Shown: positions 28,594-42,895, counted from the first letter of the stretch. The stretch: 64,000 nucleotides of DNA from Eledone cirrhosa (GCA_964016885.1 OZ024742.1:185380001-185444000); one strand, 5' to 3'. Program-made: numbers and translations. The notes: a model not told the origin generated them from the sequence alone.

Positions 28594-28713
28594 CCCACTG
28601 AAGAATTATAAGAGCCCACTTGTATAAGTATCTGTTGATCTTATACAAGCTTCTACATTTGGTATAATTTCACCCAACTTGTAGAAATCTTATAATGAAA
28701 CGAGTCGTCTGGG
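28594..28713 (+). ncRNA. Hammerhead with 92-nt branched stem II (second copy at 30219-30338)
   Basis: CCCA-CUGAAGA-AUUAUAAGA-gccca-[CUUGUAUAAG..CUUAUACAAG]-[UUCUACA..UGUAGAA]-UCUUAUAAU-GAAA-CG(agu)CG-UC-UGGG. Confidence 0.88.
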
Positions 28714-28936
28714 AAGTGATATATTTGATATATCTCATATGAAATAATACAGCCAATTTTCCACACAATACAATTAGTTAGCACCCCGAACGTTTAATTA
28801 GGAATATACTCAGATATTTCCTAATGTTTCTTGAGTAAGTTGGAATTTGGCCGGAGTATCGCTATTAGCTTTCTCCGTTTATGTATTTATATATTTATAT
28901 ATATATACACGCATGGATATATACACTCACATGTAT

Positions 28937-28973
<37 letters not shown>

Positions 28974-29129
28974 CTGAAGTAAAAGTTAGGTGGAAATATC
29001 CTAGAGTAAGAACACTCAGTCCATAGGACGAGTTTAGTATAAAACAGGTACTCAAGTTTAATTGGATTCTGGGCCCCAATTTCTTCAGCCTGTCATGAAA
29101 TGGCCATCTTGGTTTTCCATTTTTCGCAT

Positions 29130-29181
29130 GGCAGGCTGAAGAAATTGGGGCCCAGAACCCAACGAAACTTGAGTACCTGTT
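29130..29181 (+). ncRNA. Type I hammerhead in fold-back insert 28974-29203 (mirror copy -29043-29094 has UAAA; duplicated at ~30.6-30.8 kb)
   Basis: GGCAGG-CUGAAGA-aaUUGGG(gcccagaa)CCCAAc-GAAA-C(uuga)G-UA-CCUGUU. Confidence 0.8.
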
Positions 29182-29298
29182 TATGTCACTGTTGTAATTA
29201 TTTACATATAAATACACACATATATATACACACACACATGCACACACACACACATATATACATATATATATATATAATATATATATATATACATACAG

Positions 29299-29349
<51 letters not shown>

Positions 29350-29379
29350 TACACACATGAATATATATTCACATACACA

Positions 29380-29447
<68 letters not shown>

Positions 29448-29940
29448 TATATAATATACATATACATAGATATACACACATATATTCCCACACACACATA
29501 CATATATCCTTGGAATAAATGAGGGGGGCGGGCGGTAGTTTTCCGTTGAATTTTTAAAAACCAGAATTAGTCGTTTAGTTTTCATATTGAGACTCCAATG
29601 CATTCTATTCATTTTATAATATGGGATTTCTTTTTTGTTATGTATAAGTTTTTTAATGTCTAATGTCTAAAGAAAATGAATTGTCGGGAATGCTACAACA
29701 TAATATAAAATAAAATTTCGCTGGGGATAGAGTAGCAAAATTTAATAAGCGGGGGGCTTGGAATAAGAGCCGGGGGCGAGGGTTGGAAAAAATTCGAAAA
29801 ATTAATAAGCGGGATGGGGTGAGGGGATCGATTGTTCGAGACCCGAGAGTATATACACACAAACATATATATACATGTATGTATACACACACACATATAT
29901 ATAAATATATATACACATATATATATATATATACATATAT

Positions 29941-30093
29941 AAGGAACCAGATGGACCATAACGCACCAGAGTACTCAATACTTAGGGTAGTAGAGTGGGT
30001 AATAGGAAAATGTTTAACCCCGACGGCAGAGCTCAAGCCGTTTCGACGGCTATAAACGGCTTGAGCCCTGCCGTCGGGATTAAACATTTTCCT
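29941..30093. mobile_element. Family C fold-back insert (others: 31224-31423, 31481-31584, 34693-34863, 36689-36876, 59658-59864, diverged 62617-62707)
   Basis: Hammerhead 3' half GAAACGGC..GCCGUC|GGGG, mirrored around the stem II hairpin in most copies; in (TA)n. Confidence 0.8.
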
Positions 30094-30561
30094 ATATATA
30101 TATTGAGATTTTTTTTAGAACTGCTGGACTAACAACCTAGCAGCTCCCTCAAGCACTGATGGTGATTATCGCTAAATAGTGATGTTTATTTGGTTATCAA
30201 TATTAATATTATTGGGCACCCACTGAAGAATTATAAGAGCCCACTTGTATAAGTATCTGTTGATCTTATACAAGCTTCTACATTTGGTATAATTTCACCC
30301 AACTTGTAGAAATCTTATAATGAAACGAGTCGTCTGGGAAGTGATATATTTGATATATCTCATATGAAATAATACAGCCAATTTTCCACACAATACAATT
30401 AGTTAGCACCCCGAACGTTTAATTAGGAATATACTCAGATATTTCCTAATGTTTCTTGAGTAAGTTGGAATTTGGCCGGAGTATCGCTATTAGCTTTCTC
30501 CGTTTATGTATTTATATATTTATATATATATACACGCATGGATATATACACTCACATGTAT

Positions 30562-30592
<31 letters not shown>

Positions 30593-30917
30593 CTGAAGTA
30601 AAAGTTAGGTGGAAATATCCTAGAGTAAGAACACTCAGTCCATAGGACGAGTTTAGTATAAAACAGGTACTCAAGTTTAATTGGATTCTGGGCCCCAATT
30701 TCTTCAGCCTGTCATGAAATGGCCATCTTGGTTTTCCATTTTTCGCATGGCAGGCTGAAGAAATTGGGGCCCAGAACCCAACGAAACTTGAGTACCTGTT
30801 TATGTCACTGTTGTAATTATTTACATATAAATACACACATATATATACACACACACATGCACACACACACACATATATACATATATATATATATAATATA
30901 TATATATATACATACAG

Positions 30918-31010
<93 letters not shown>

Positions 31011-31124
31011 ACGCCAGTGGTGGATGATACTTTATTTATCGACCTCGAAAGGATTAAAGACACCATTGGCCATGACGGGATGTTTATTTCAAAGCGCAGA
31101 GAACCGGAACGAATACCGCGAAAC

Positions 31125-31226
<102 letters not shown>

Positions 31227-31419
31227 AGGAGGTGTGGTAAGGAACCAGATGGACCATAACACACCAGAGTACTCAATACTTAGAGTAGTAGAGTGGGTAA
31301 TAGGAAAATGTTTAACCCCGACGGCAGAGCTCAAGCCGTTTCTACGGCTATTTCTGGACATTTATAGCTCCAGAAATAGCCGTCGAAACGGCTTGAGCTC
31401 TGCCGTCGAGGTTAAACAT

Positions 31420-31483
<64 letters not shown>

Positions 31484-31582
31484 CAAAGGAATTGTGGTAA
31501 GGAACCAGATGGACCATAACGCACCAGAGGACTCAATAGCCGTCGAGACGGCTTGAACTCTGCCGTCGGGGTCATACTTTTT

Positions 31583-31656
<74 letters not shown>

Positions 31657-31661
<5 letters not shown>

Positions 31662-32056
31662 ATAAACGTACTGCGTGGTTGCTAATGGGTTACATATGAA
31701 TAAAGTTAGTTCTTCATCAGTGATCTTCCAACCATCATTGGTATTTCATCGCTTTAAAGACCATATACCTCCGGTTGGTGGGAGCAACGGCTAAAAAAGT
31801 CGTTGGGACACGTAAATAAAGGGGACACGAGAGTGTTAACAAACAAAGATCGTGAAATTCATGGAAATTTGGGACTTGACTCTTTCTTCCTCACTTTTCG
31901 TTGCTTCACCATCTTTGTTTGTTTACACTCTCGTGTTCCCTTTATTTACGTGTCCCAACGACTTTTTTTTAGCCGTTGCTCGCACCAACCGGAGGTATAT
32001 GGTCTTTAAAGCGATGAAATACCAATGAAGCTTGGAAGATCGCTGATGAAGGACTA

Positions 32057-32062
<6 letters not shown>
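31657..32062. mobile_element. Inverted pair of family B termini
   Basis: Arms ~31701-31855 / 31905-32062, flanked by (TA)n. Confidence 0.75.
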
Positions 32063-32101
<39 letters not shown>

Positions 32102-33177
32102 TTTCTTTAATACCTTATTTTTCACTCGTTTGTTAATTTGTGTTTGAGATAAGTTGGCTGAGTCCTGATGGCGGGAGCAGAACTATTTGAATTTCATCTC
32201 CTGCTGTCACGTACATTTCTGAAACGGTAGACAATCAGTTGACGGCCTTGTGAGGACGTGAAAGGATTTCAGTTTAATAAGCGGTTTTACTGTGTTGACC
32301 GTCACATTCACTGTCATAGCCGACACGGACTGGAATCGATTTCTGTCGATCGATTGGTTATTGATTTGGCGAAAACTGCCGATGAAGCCATATATGCCGA
32401 TTGTGCATTGTTGCATAATATATGCAGACAGTAGATACTGTGGCCTCTATTGCTGTATTCAGTGTGGCTGAAAGTACGGGTAGAGATTGGAGGTAGCCAT
32501 TTACATGTGTTGTATTGAAGCGAATAACCTTGTGTCTACTGTGGGATTTTACATAATTGTTTCTACGTTAGGCACAAGGCCAGCAATTACCCAGTGCATT
32601 ACTGGTACTTTATTTTATCGACCCCGTAAGGATGAAAGGCAAAGTCAACCTCGGCGGGATTTGAACTCAGATCGTAAAGGGACGTAACTATGCTGGAAAG
32701 CATGGCGTCTTTTACATAATATTACCTATTGAGTACGCTGAAATGCAACCGGTACTAACAGTGAAACCCATGCTAGTACTATGCTTATTATTATCATTAT
32801 TATTATTATCTTTTTACACGCATAAATGCCCATTTGTACCGCCCTGTATTGTCCTGTACTCTCCTTAATGTCTACTTTATGTAAACCCTTGTGGTTAATA
32901 AAGAAAGCATCATTATTATTATTATCATTGTTTTAATTGTTTTTTCATTGTTTTTTCATTGTTTCAATTTTTTCATTGTTTCAATTTTTTCATTGTTTCA
33001 ATTTTTTCATTGTTTAAATTTTTTTATATATATATATGTTTTATGTCTTTTTTCTTTTCTTATATAAATAATAAAAATATTTACACGCACAAAACCCACA
33101 TCGTACCGTCCTGTTCCGTCTGTGATGTTTTTCTTGATGTCAGCCCTTGTGGCCAATAAAGAAATCATTATTATTGG

Positions 33178-34135
33178 AGACTGGAATGTCTTCAGGCGCT
33201 CACAGCCCTCGACCAATCGGGCAATGTGATCGGTGGAAACTCCACCTCGGCGTTCTATAGAGGATTAGTGGAGGGGAAGAGCGACGACGTACTTGGGGAA
33301 ACTCTAGGCGTCGACGAAAATCAACTAGCCAATCTCTTCGGAAGAACTTTCGGGCCAAGGCCTATGGACAACTTCCAGAAATCTCTGGCCTGGCAGTGCT
33401 ACCGAGGAGCCTTGCCAGTTCGGGATAAACTCTACAGGCATGGAGGTGCCGTCAGCCGGGCATGTCCGAGATGCGCGCAGGGCGACGAAACCGTCCTGCA
33501 CGCACTCGTCCAGTGTCCGAAAATTGCTGACTTGTGGGTTTATGTCGAACACCTGCTGTCGCGTTTAGGACGGATCCGGCTATCATCTGAGTCCATCGTG
33601 AGGATTGCCCCGCCCTCCTCCTTTAGCCGGGAAGGGCAGGCAGTTTTTATCTGCCTGGTGGCCATGGTGAAAGAGATAGTATGGTGGACACGTTTGAAAG
33701 GGCTGAAGACGAGCACTTACCTCTTCGGTGATGCTCTGATTGACTTTTTCAAATTTCATTTGAAAAGGAAAATCAGAGTAGAGAGGGAAGTGCTCTCTTC
33801 CCAGCATTTTGTTGAAAGATGGGTGAGAGAAGCAAGAATGGCCCGAGTGAATGGGCCTACTCTGAGTATATATCTGTAAATTAAAGTTGGAAAACTGGGA
33901 GAGGGCACTTGCCTTGGTGGTCAGGGTCATTGTGGCTTTTTACTGGGCTTTCTCCACAAATGTCCCTCCGAAGTCTGCCCCCTATTGGGGAATTTTTCAT
34001 TGTTATTTTTTGTTACATCCTCTGTTTTTGTTTTTTACACGCAGAAATGCCCATTTGTACCGTCCTGCATTGTCCTGCACTGTCCTTAATGTCTACTTTA
34101 TGTAAACCCTTGTGGTTAATAAAGAAATCATTATT
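33178..34135 (+). mobile_element. L1/Tx1-like LINE 3' fragment (ORF2 C-terminus 33226-33879 with zf-RVT, 3'UTR, AATAAA, ATT tail)
   Basis: AWQCYRGALPVRDKL..CPRCAQGDETVLHALVQC..W; tail CCTTGTGGTTAATAAAGAAATCATTATT; extra 3' ends at ~32810-32930, 33080-33175 and 34205-34240. Confidence 0.85.
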
Positions 34136-34142
34136 ATTATTA

Positions 34143-34180
<38 letters not shown>

Positions 34181-34456
34181 TATTATTATTATTATATAAA
34201 TACTCGGCCCTTGTGGCCAATAAATGAAATCATTATTATTATCCCGCCGAGGGCGGTGGATTGGCAGTAACGGTAGGGGGTCGGACGCCATGCTTTCCAG
34301 CATAGTTACGTCCCTTTACGATCTGAGTTCAAATCCCGCCGAGGTTGACTTTGCCTTTCATCCTTACGGGGTCGATAAAATAAAGTACCAGTAATGCACT
34401 GGGTAATTGCTGGCCTTGTGCCTAAAGTAGAAACAATTATTATTATCTAAATATAT

Positions 34457-34490
<34 letters not shown>

Positions 34491-34534
34491 ATACACGCGC
34501 ACATATATGTATACATATATATATACATATATAT

Positions 34535-34578
<44 letters not shown>

Positions 34579-34619
34579 ATACGGATTGGACACTACCGTA
34601 AACTCTTGGTAGATTTATC

Positions 34620-34696
<77 letters not shown>

Positions 34697-34861
34697 AAGT
34701 ATGACCCCGACGGCTCTTTCTGGACTCCAGAAATGGCCGTCGAAACGGCTTGAGCTCTGCCGTCGGGGTCATACTTTTTCCTATTTCCCACTCTACTACC
34801 CTAAGTATTGAGTACTCTGGTGCGTTATGGTCTATCTGGTTCCTTACCACCATTCCTTTGT

Positions 34862-34920
<59 letters not shown>

Positions 34921-36571
34921 GATGAACTTCCACACAGTTTCTATTTAACTCACAAGAGGCTATAGTAAAAGACACTTTTCCAAAGTGTCACAAGGTGGGA
35001 CTGAACCTGAACTCACGTGTTTCGAAACGGATTGTTTAACTACACAGCCACACCTAGATTCTAACATATTTTCTATAGCAACACGTAATTCATTATACTA
35101 GATAGAACCCACTGAATGATTGTAGTAACTAAGACAGGTCTTACTACTTGAGGAGATACATGTTTAGTGTGACATATCTTGGTCATAATTGATATCTTGG
35201 TATAAGGAAAATCTCAAGTATTGAGACACTGGAAGATGATACGAAGATAAATTATTAAAAGAAAATCTTTGGTGATGAGAGAAAGCCTAACAATAAAATA
35301 TTATCCTCAACATAAAATATTACGATGGAGAAATGAGTTCTATGACGTTTATGTTCTAATGAATGCAAGTAGAAATATATAGGAGTTATCTGACCTTGTG
35401 TTTTCGTAGGATAGAGTCTATTTTGATGTGAAGAAACATCGGTATTATTGCTAGGATTAAATCCCGTCCAGGTTAACTTTGCTTTTCATCCTTACGGGGT
35501 CGATAAAATAAAGTACCAGTAATGTACTGGGTAATTGCTGGCTTTGTGCCAAATGTAGAAACAATTATTACTAGGATTGGCAGAATCGGTAGAGCGTCGG
35601 ACACCCTGCTTCGCAGCATAGAGTTACGACGTTCTGAGTTCAAATCTCGCCGAGGTTAACTTTGCCTTTCATCCTTAAGGGGTCGATAAAATAAAATACC
35701 TGTAATGTACTGGAATAATTGCTGGCCTTGTGCCAAAAGTAGAAACAATTATTACTATGATTCATTGTTTTTTGTTCTTTATTTATTTATTCATCGGCCT
35801 CTGTTTATTGATACGGTATTTTGGATTTTAGTGTGAATTCCAGCCTCCCGAAAATAGTATCCATGTAATAGTCGAACCCATAAATTTAAACTCAAATTTT
35901 TGTTTAAATTATTCGACTTTTACATGAATATACAATACCTAAATGACAATAAAATGATATCGTAACATTAACATTGACATTTTAGAGGGCAATAGGTTGG
36001 CAGAATCGTTAGTGCGTTGAAGAAAATCCTTTGCATTATTCGTCACAGTTCGTGTTCAAGTCCCGGCGATATAAACTTTGCTTCTCAGAGTTCGATAAAA
36101 TAAAATACCAGTAAATTACTGAGGATCAATACAATCACACACACACACACACACACACACATCATATCCCCACTAAAATTGCTAGCCTTATGTTGAGATT
36201 AGATTCACAAATGTTGATCTGTTTTCCGTTGTGCAAAAGTAGAGTCGAACTTTACACGAGATACATGAGAATTTGGAAAAATCTAAATTCTTTTAGTAAA
36301 GATAGAGGCTTTTACATGAATATATATACTACATTATCTTCGGTATGACGAGTCTAATTTGATGGAGGATAAATGCCTACAGTCCCTACAGTCTCATCCT
36401 CTTTATGATATTTATATAAAGGATAGTGTGAAGTGTTCCAAAGAAAGAGGTAAACACCACTTAGAGCAGGAATGTGACAAGATTCCGATTTTCTATTGTA
36501 ACTTTAAAATATATGCATGGTTATATATATATATATATATATATATATAACCATGCATATATTTTAAAGTT

Positions 36572-36633
<62 letters not shown>

Positions 36634-36655
36634 AGTGTGTGTGTGCGTGTGTGTA

Positions 36656-36691
<36 letters not shown>

Positions 36692-36874
36692 AACCAGTAA
36701 GACCCCGACAGCTGAGCTCAAGCCGTTTCGACGGCTAATTCTGGAATTAGCCGTCGAAACGGCTTGAGCTCAGCTGTCGGGGTCTTACTGGTTCCTATTA
36801 CCCACTCTACTACCTCAAGTATTGAGTACTTTGGTGCGTTATGGTCCACCTGGTTCCTTACCACATTTCCTTCG

Positions 36875-36911
<37 letters not shown>

Positions 36912-37040
36912 TATGTATATATATAAACATATATATATATGTATATAAACATGTATATATATATACATATATATATATAAACATACATAAATATATATAT
37001 ATATAAATATATATATATATACATATATATATAAACATAC

Positions 37041-37081
<41 letters not shown>

Positions 37082-37121
37082 TAAGCATATGCATGTATGT
37101 ATATATATACACATGCATAAA

Positions 37122-37226
<105 letters not shown>

Positions 37227-37314
37227 AACATATATATATATATATATATATACATTTATATGTATATATATATAAACATATATATGATATATATATATAT
37301 ATATATACATATAA

Positions 37315-37353
<39 letters not shown>

Positions 37354-37387
37354 AATATATATAAACATACATAAATATATATACATG

Positions 37388-37455
<68 letters not shown>

Positions 37456-37485
37456 TAGATAAACATATATATATATATAGACATG

Positions 37486-37545
<60 letters not shown>

Positions 37546-37985
37546 CATATATATGTATATATATATATATATGTATATATGTATCAATTTGAAAAGATGT
37601 GCAAAATGAATTTAAAAAATGTAAGCGAAGACAACGGAAAAACCAACGAAACAGGAATATCCTTTCTCATCAGTCGACCGCTGGAGATTCTCATGGTTTC
37701 GGCTATTTAAGGTGACATCATCTACCTCCTGTGTAGAATGGAACTGTATCAAATGGAGACAAGACAGGATGATTGATCTTTCGAATATTTACAAAAAAAG
37801 AGATAGAAATAGAAACAAAGCCCAAAATATTAGCCAAGAAGAAACTATGTACAGAAGGTGAAGTGAGAAAGAGAAGATGGAGGAGACGTAAGTCCTATAT
37901 GGACAAACACAATACAGAAGAAGCAGATATATATATATATATATATATATAGGGGGAGGGATAGTGAGAGAGAGAGAGGGAGAGA

Positions 37986-38049
<64 letters not shown>

Positions 38050-39914
38050 GTGAGTGAGAGAGAGAGAGTGCGAGAGAGAGAGAGAGAATGGAGAAAGAAC
38101 CGAAATCACGAGGAACTCCTGCAGTCGACTGATGAGAAGGGACTGTCCTGTGTTTGTCAGCTTTTCTGTTGTTTTCGCCCTCAGTGATGATAATATTTAA
38201 TATATTATAAATATGTAGGAAATATATTAACTTTATTACCATTTCCTTGATCTGCAAATTATAAAGCTTAGCAAAAAATGAACTATGAAAATGATAACAT
38301 TGATTGTGAAAATTCTGTTAATAACATATTATAAGCCCGATATGCAATATCGGTAAAGCGCCGGACAGCATGCTTTGTGGTATAGAGTTACGGTTCTTTA
38401 CGGTCTGAGTTCAAATCCCGCCGAGGTTAACTTTGCCTTTCATCCTTACGGGGTCGATAAAATAAAGCACCAGTAACGTACTGGAGTTCGAATAAATCGA
38501 CTTACCCTTCCCCCCAAATTACTGGCCTTGTGCCTATACTAGAAATCATTATTGTTATTCGGTGGATTGGCAGTATCCGTAGAGGGTCGGACGCCATGCT
38601 TTCCAGCATAGAGTTACGGCGTTTGCCATTCTGAGTTCAAATCCCGCCGAGGTTAACTTTGCCTTTCATCCTTACGAGGTCGATAAAATAAAGTACCAGT
38701 AATGTACTGGGTAATTGCTGGCCTTGTGCCAAAAGTAGAAATAATTATTATTATTTATCTCTCGGACCAAGGAAACAATGTTTCCAATGGTCTGTGCAGT
38801 GCTAATACTATCTGTCGCTTGCAACTCTTGACAAAAACGCCACAGTTTTTTCAGGAAATTGAGTTTAGGTTAGGAAGATATATTAATTAATTGTTTCTAC
38901 TTTAGGCACAAGGCCAGCAATTACCCAGTGCATTACTGGTACTTTATTTTATCGACCCCGTAAGGATGAAAGGCAAAGTCAACCTCGGCGGGATTTGAAC
39001 TCAGATCGTAAAGGGACGTAACTATGCTGGAAAGCATGGCGTCCGACCCTCTACCGATACTGCCAATCCAATAATAATGAAGCCTTTTCAACTTTCAAAC
39101 CCTGTATAGCTAATTTTATGCATTAATCTTATGGTATTTAATGAAATGACTGACACAATTACAGTTTGGTGTTCCCCACCCCACACACACTCATACACGC
39201 ATTTAACCCCACTCGAATTAGTTTTTCGTAACTTTCTTAATAATGAATTTTTTATTTATTTATATATTTTTATTTTTTTTATTTTTTGTTAACGAAATTC
39301 TACAGAGATACGTTTTCGAAAGTTGTTGATAGCAATTGTGTTATTATAATTAAATAATAATTTTTTTTTTTAATTGAATTTTACAGAGATACGTTTTCGT
39401 AATTCATAGTTGCAGAAATAACATTACGTTCATATATAAAATTTATGACATTATTCTGATTGCTATTTTTAACATAAAATTGGAAGACATGTTGAAAAAA
39501 TTCTGTCTAGTACAAACACATATCGAAAGAATTCAGTCAATAAAATCATTAACAAATAGAATTATTCAATAATGAAAGTATTATATTTCTTCCTTCTTCA
39601 TTTCTAATTAATCATAGAGAGTTTTTAGTAAACTGTTGTTATGCCTACGTAAGTTATTGAAAAAAATACTACTCAAGAAAGCGGTTGACAGAATGCTTAT
39701 GTAGTGTCACAAACAATGATCAAGGGGAAATAACTTATACATGTTTATAAAATACCACTTGCTAAGTGTAACTTACGATAACAAATTGTGTGAAGAAAAA
39801 TAAATTTATTAAAGCAAATAATTGTTAAAGCTAGGACCCCCAGGCTTTCCGATATTTCGAGCCCTCTCTGGTACATCAATATTTCATCCTACCACAGCAA
39901 AAAGCATTTGATGA

Positions 39915-40105
39915 GCTTAGGATTTCGGCGTAGTAAGCCTTATGAATTATACGGCTCTGACACTGACCCCTCGTCTCTTCAGAGCCCCTAGGTTTCAGCC
40001 TAGTAAGTCTTAGGGATAAATACAGTCTTGATGTGGGCCTCTAGTCTCTCTGGGTTCTCTTGGCTACAGTTTAGTTAGCCTTATCAATAATACAGCCCTG
40101 ACTAA
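39915..40105. repeat. Degenerate ~70-bp minisatellite (about 3 units)
   Basis: Recurring TAG(T)AAG(C/T)CTTA...ATAC(A/G)G. Confidence 0.5.
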
Positions 40106-40408
40106 ATCTGAATTTATAACACAGAAATATAATTGTTTCTACGTTTGGCACAAGGCCAGCAATTACCAGTGCATTACTGGTACTTTATTTTATTGACCCC
40201 CGTAAGGATCAAAGGCAGAGTTAACCTCGACAGAAATATAATGCAAATATATTTCAAATATAATACAATAAAATAAATGTACGGTAATTCTCCATTTTTT
40301 AAAATCATTTTAAAATAAATTAATCACAAAATAAGTTCGCGCATGTTATGGTTTTGTTCTTAAAATTGTTACAGTATTTTCAACGTAAATTCAAGTTAAT
40401 TGATGGGT

Positions 40409-40468
<60 letters not shown>

Positions 40469-40471
<3 letters not shown>

Positions 40472-40759
40472 AACAAAAGATGGTTAAAGGAGTTCCATGT
40501 ATTTTATTATGCGCATTTCAAAAACAAACATCATCATGCAATAATATTTGTGTTTTCATCAGATAAAACACAAATGAAAACACAAATATTATTGCATGAT
40601 GATGTTTGTTTTTGAAATGCGCATAATAAAATACATGGAACTCCTTTAACCATCTTTTGTTCTTATATATTATGTATACTCCAGTCCTACAAACTGTAGA
40701 GTGCTTCTTATCCGATATCTGCATTGCTTTATTGTACTACAATAAAACTCACCTCCTAC

Positions 40760-40762
<3 letters not shown>
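40469..40762. mobile_element. Fold-back PLE terminus; complete hammerhead at -40498-40572, truncated mirror on +
   Basis: UGUGUUUUAU-CUGAUGA-AAACACAAAUAUUAU..AUGAUGUUUGUUUUU-GAAA-UGCGCA-UA-AUAAAAUACA. Confidence 0.85.
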
Positions 40763-40796
<34 letters not shown>

Positions 40797-41459
40797 AGTA
40801 AGTATATTTTGAAACAGTGAGCAGGTTTGAAATTAGAAAATAGAATAGCTTTCACCGTATTTTTTACTAAAGGAATTTTAGCCTGATAATGGGGTTTAGA
40901 ACCCTCAGATAAATGGAAAAAGATGAGTATATAAAACAACCTATCAATTAACTTGAATTTACGTTGAAAATACTGTAACAATTTTAAGAACAAAACCACA
41001 ACATGCACGAACTTATTTTGTGATTAATTTATTTTTAAATGATTTTTAAAAAATGGAGAATTACCGTACATTTATTTATATATATATATATATATATAAA
41101 ACGGTTAGTATTTTATAAAGAATTCCATTTTTGAAAAAAGAAAATAATAATAATTTAGTATCTCCCTCGATGATTCGAGAATTTATGTTAGAATTCAGAA
41201 ATATAAATTCAGAAATATAAAAAACAAATATTCTAAAAAATTTAAGTAATGTCTCCTGAGAGTTGTCCTTCACAAAATAACATGCAAATAATTAGAAGTG
41301 TGTCTGTGTGTGTGTGTGTGTGTGTGTCTACACCAATGTACATATATATATGTGTGTGTGTGTGTTTGTATGTTTATGTTTATACACAAATGTATATTTA
41401 TATGTACATGTTCACACAAATGCATCTACATCATATATATATACATCATATATATATGA

Positions 41460-41541
<82 letters not shown>

Positions 41542-41741
41542 TGTGTGTGTATGTGTATGTATATAATGTATGTATATACATATATGTATATGTGTATATA
41601 TAGCTGTATATAGGTATGTATATGTGTATATATGTATATATATATATATACATATATATATATACATGCATATATATATGCATACATATATATATGCATA
41701 CATATATATATATATATACATACAAATATACATGCATATAC

Positions 41742-41796
<55 letters not shown>

Positions 41797-41808
41797 CATA
41801 TATTATAC

Positions 41809-41851
<43 letters not shown>

Positions 41852-42596
41852 TATATTTATGTATGTATGTATGTATATATATATATACACTATATATACA
41901 CCCATTTGGGACTAATTAGTATAATATAAAATTCCAGCACCAGAGAATATATTCTAGAATGTGTCAAAGTAGTATTTTTATGGAGCAGCATTTGAACTTC
42001 TATAAATTCTCATCTTTACCCTCTTTAGAATACCAAACTATACAGTACATATAATTGATTTTTTTATCGAATTACTATTTATTTAATCCATTATTCATGT
42101 TTTAATTATAATTATGAATCCTTTAGTTATTATATTTCTAAAGAAAGATACTGCTTATGATTTCCAAATCATTTTGAAAATGATCAAGAATTTAGAGGAA
42201 TTTAGTAAAGTAACGAACTTGCTAATAATTAAGCTGATGTTCAGAACATAAAGGTTCTTATATAAAATTATGGTGAGATTTTTTTTGATAAATATAAACA
42301 CTTTAAAAGAAACAATTTTGTACCATAGAACAAAAGGCATTTTCAGGCAGCTTCATATATAATGTGTTGAAATGAATAATTTTTTTTTTTCCATCAAATT
42401 TATTCTATTTATTATTTATATATTCTCTATCAGATTATAAGAAGTGACTAAAAGTATTGACACCTAAAAGTATAAAAGTATAAAACATTGCCTCAAAAAA
42501 TACCCTATCATGGGCCTGAATGGTCTATGAGAATAACTCTTGCATTAGTATGGAAAATAAGCTTAAAACACTTGTGGCATATTAAATACACTAAAC

Positions 42597-42895
42597 CAGT
42601 GGTCCCCAACCACTGTGCCACAGACCAGTACCGGACCATGGATCATTTGCTACTGGACCACAAAGAAATTGTTAACTTTTTAAAAATTATATAATAAATA
42701 TATTGAATATTGGACTTTAATTTAAAAAGATTTGTTTAAATATTTAATATTCATCTACTTTAATAAATTGCTCTTTTTAATATTTCTCTCTTTATCGAAA
42801 TGGACTTAAATAACACATATTAGCAAATACCTGTCCGCGGAAAGATTGTCCAACATGAAGCCAGTCCATGGTAAAATAAAGGCTGGAGACAACTG
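42597..42895. mobile_element. hAT (Charlie/MER1-like) MITE
   Basis: TIR CAGTGGTCCCCAACC / GGCTGGAGACAACTG; 8-bp TSD CACTAAAC / CACTAGAC. Confidence 0.8.

Larger units (their letters stand above)
28491..30950. repeat. Direct duplication (~28491-29330 / 30116-30950, offset 1625)
   Basis: Near-identical copies that span two different elements plus microsatellite. Confidence 0.9.

Noticed and set aside
37625-38180. Inverted pair with GAAA..GUC-GA-CUGAUGA
   Set aside because: The order and spacing leave no stem I or II; cannot be folded as a hammerhead.
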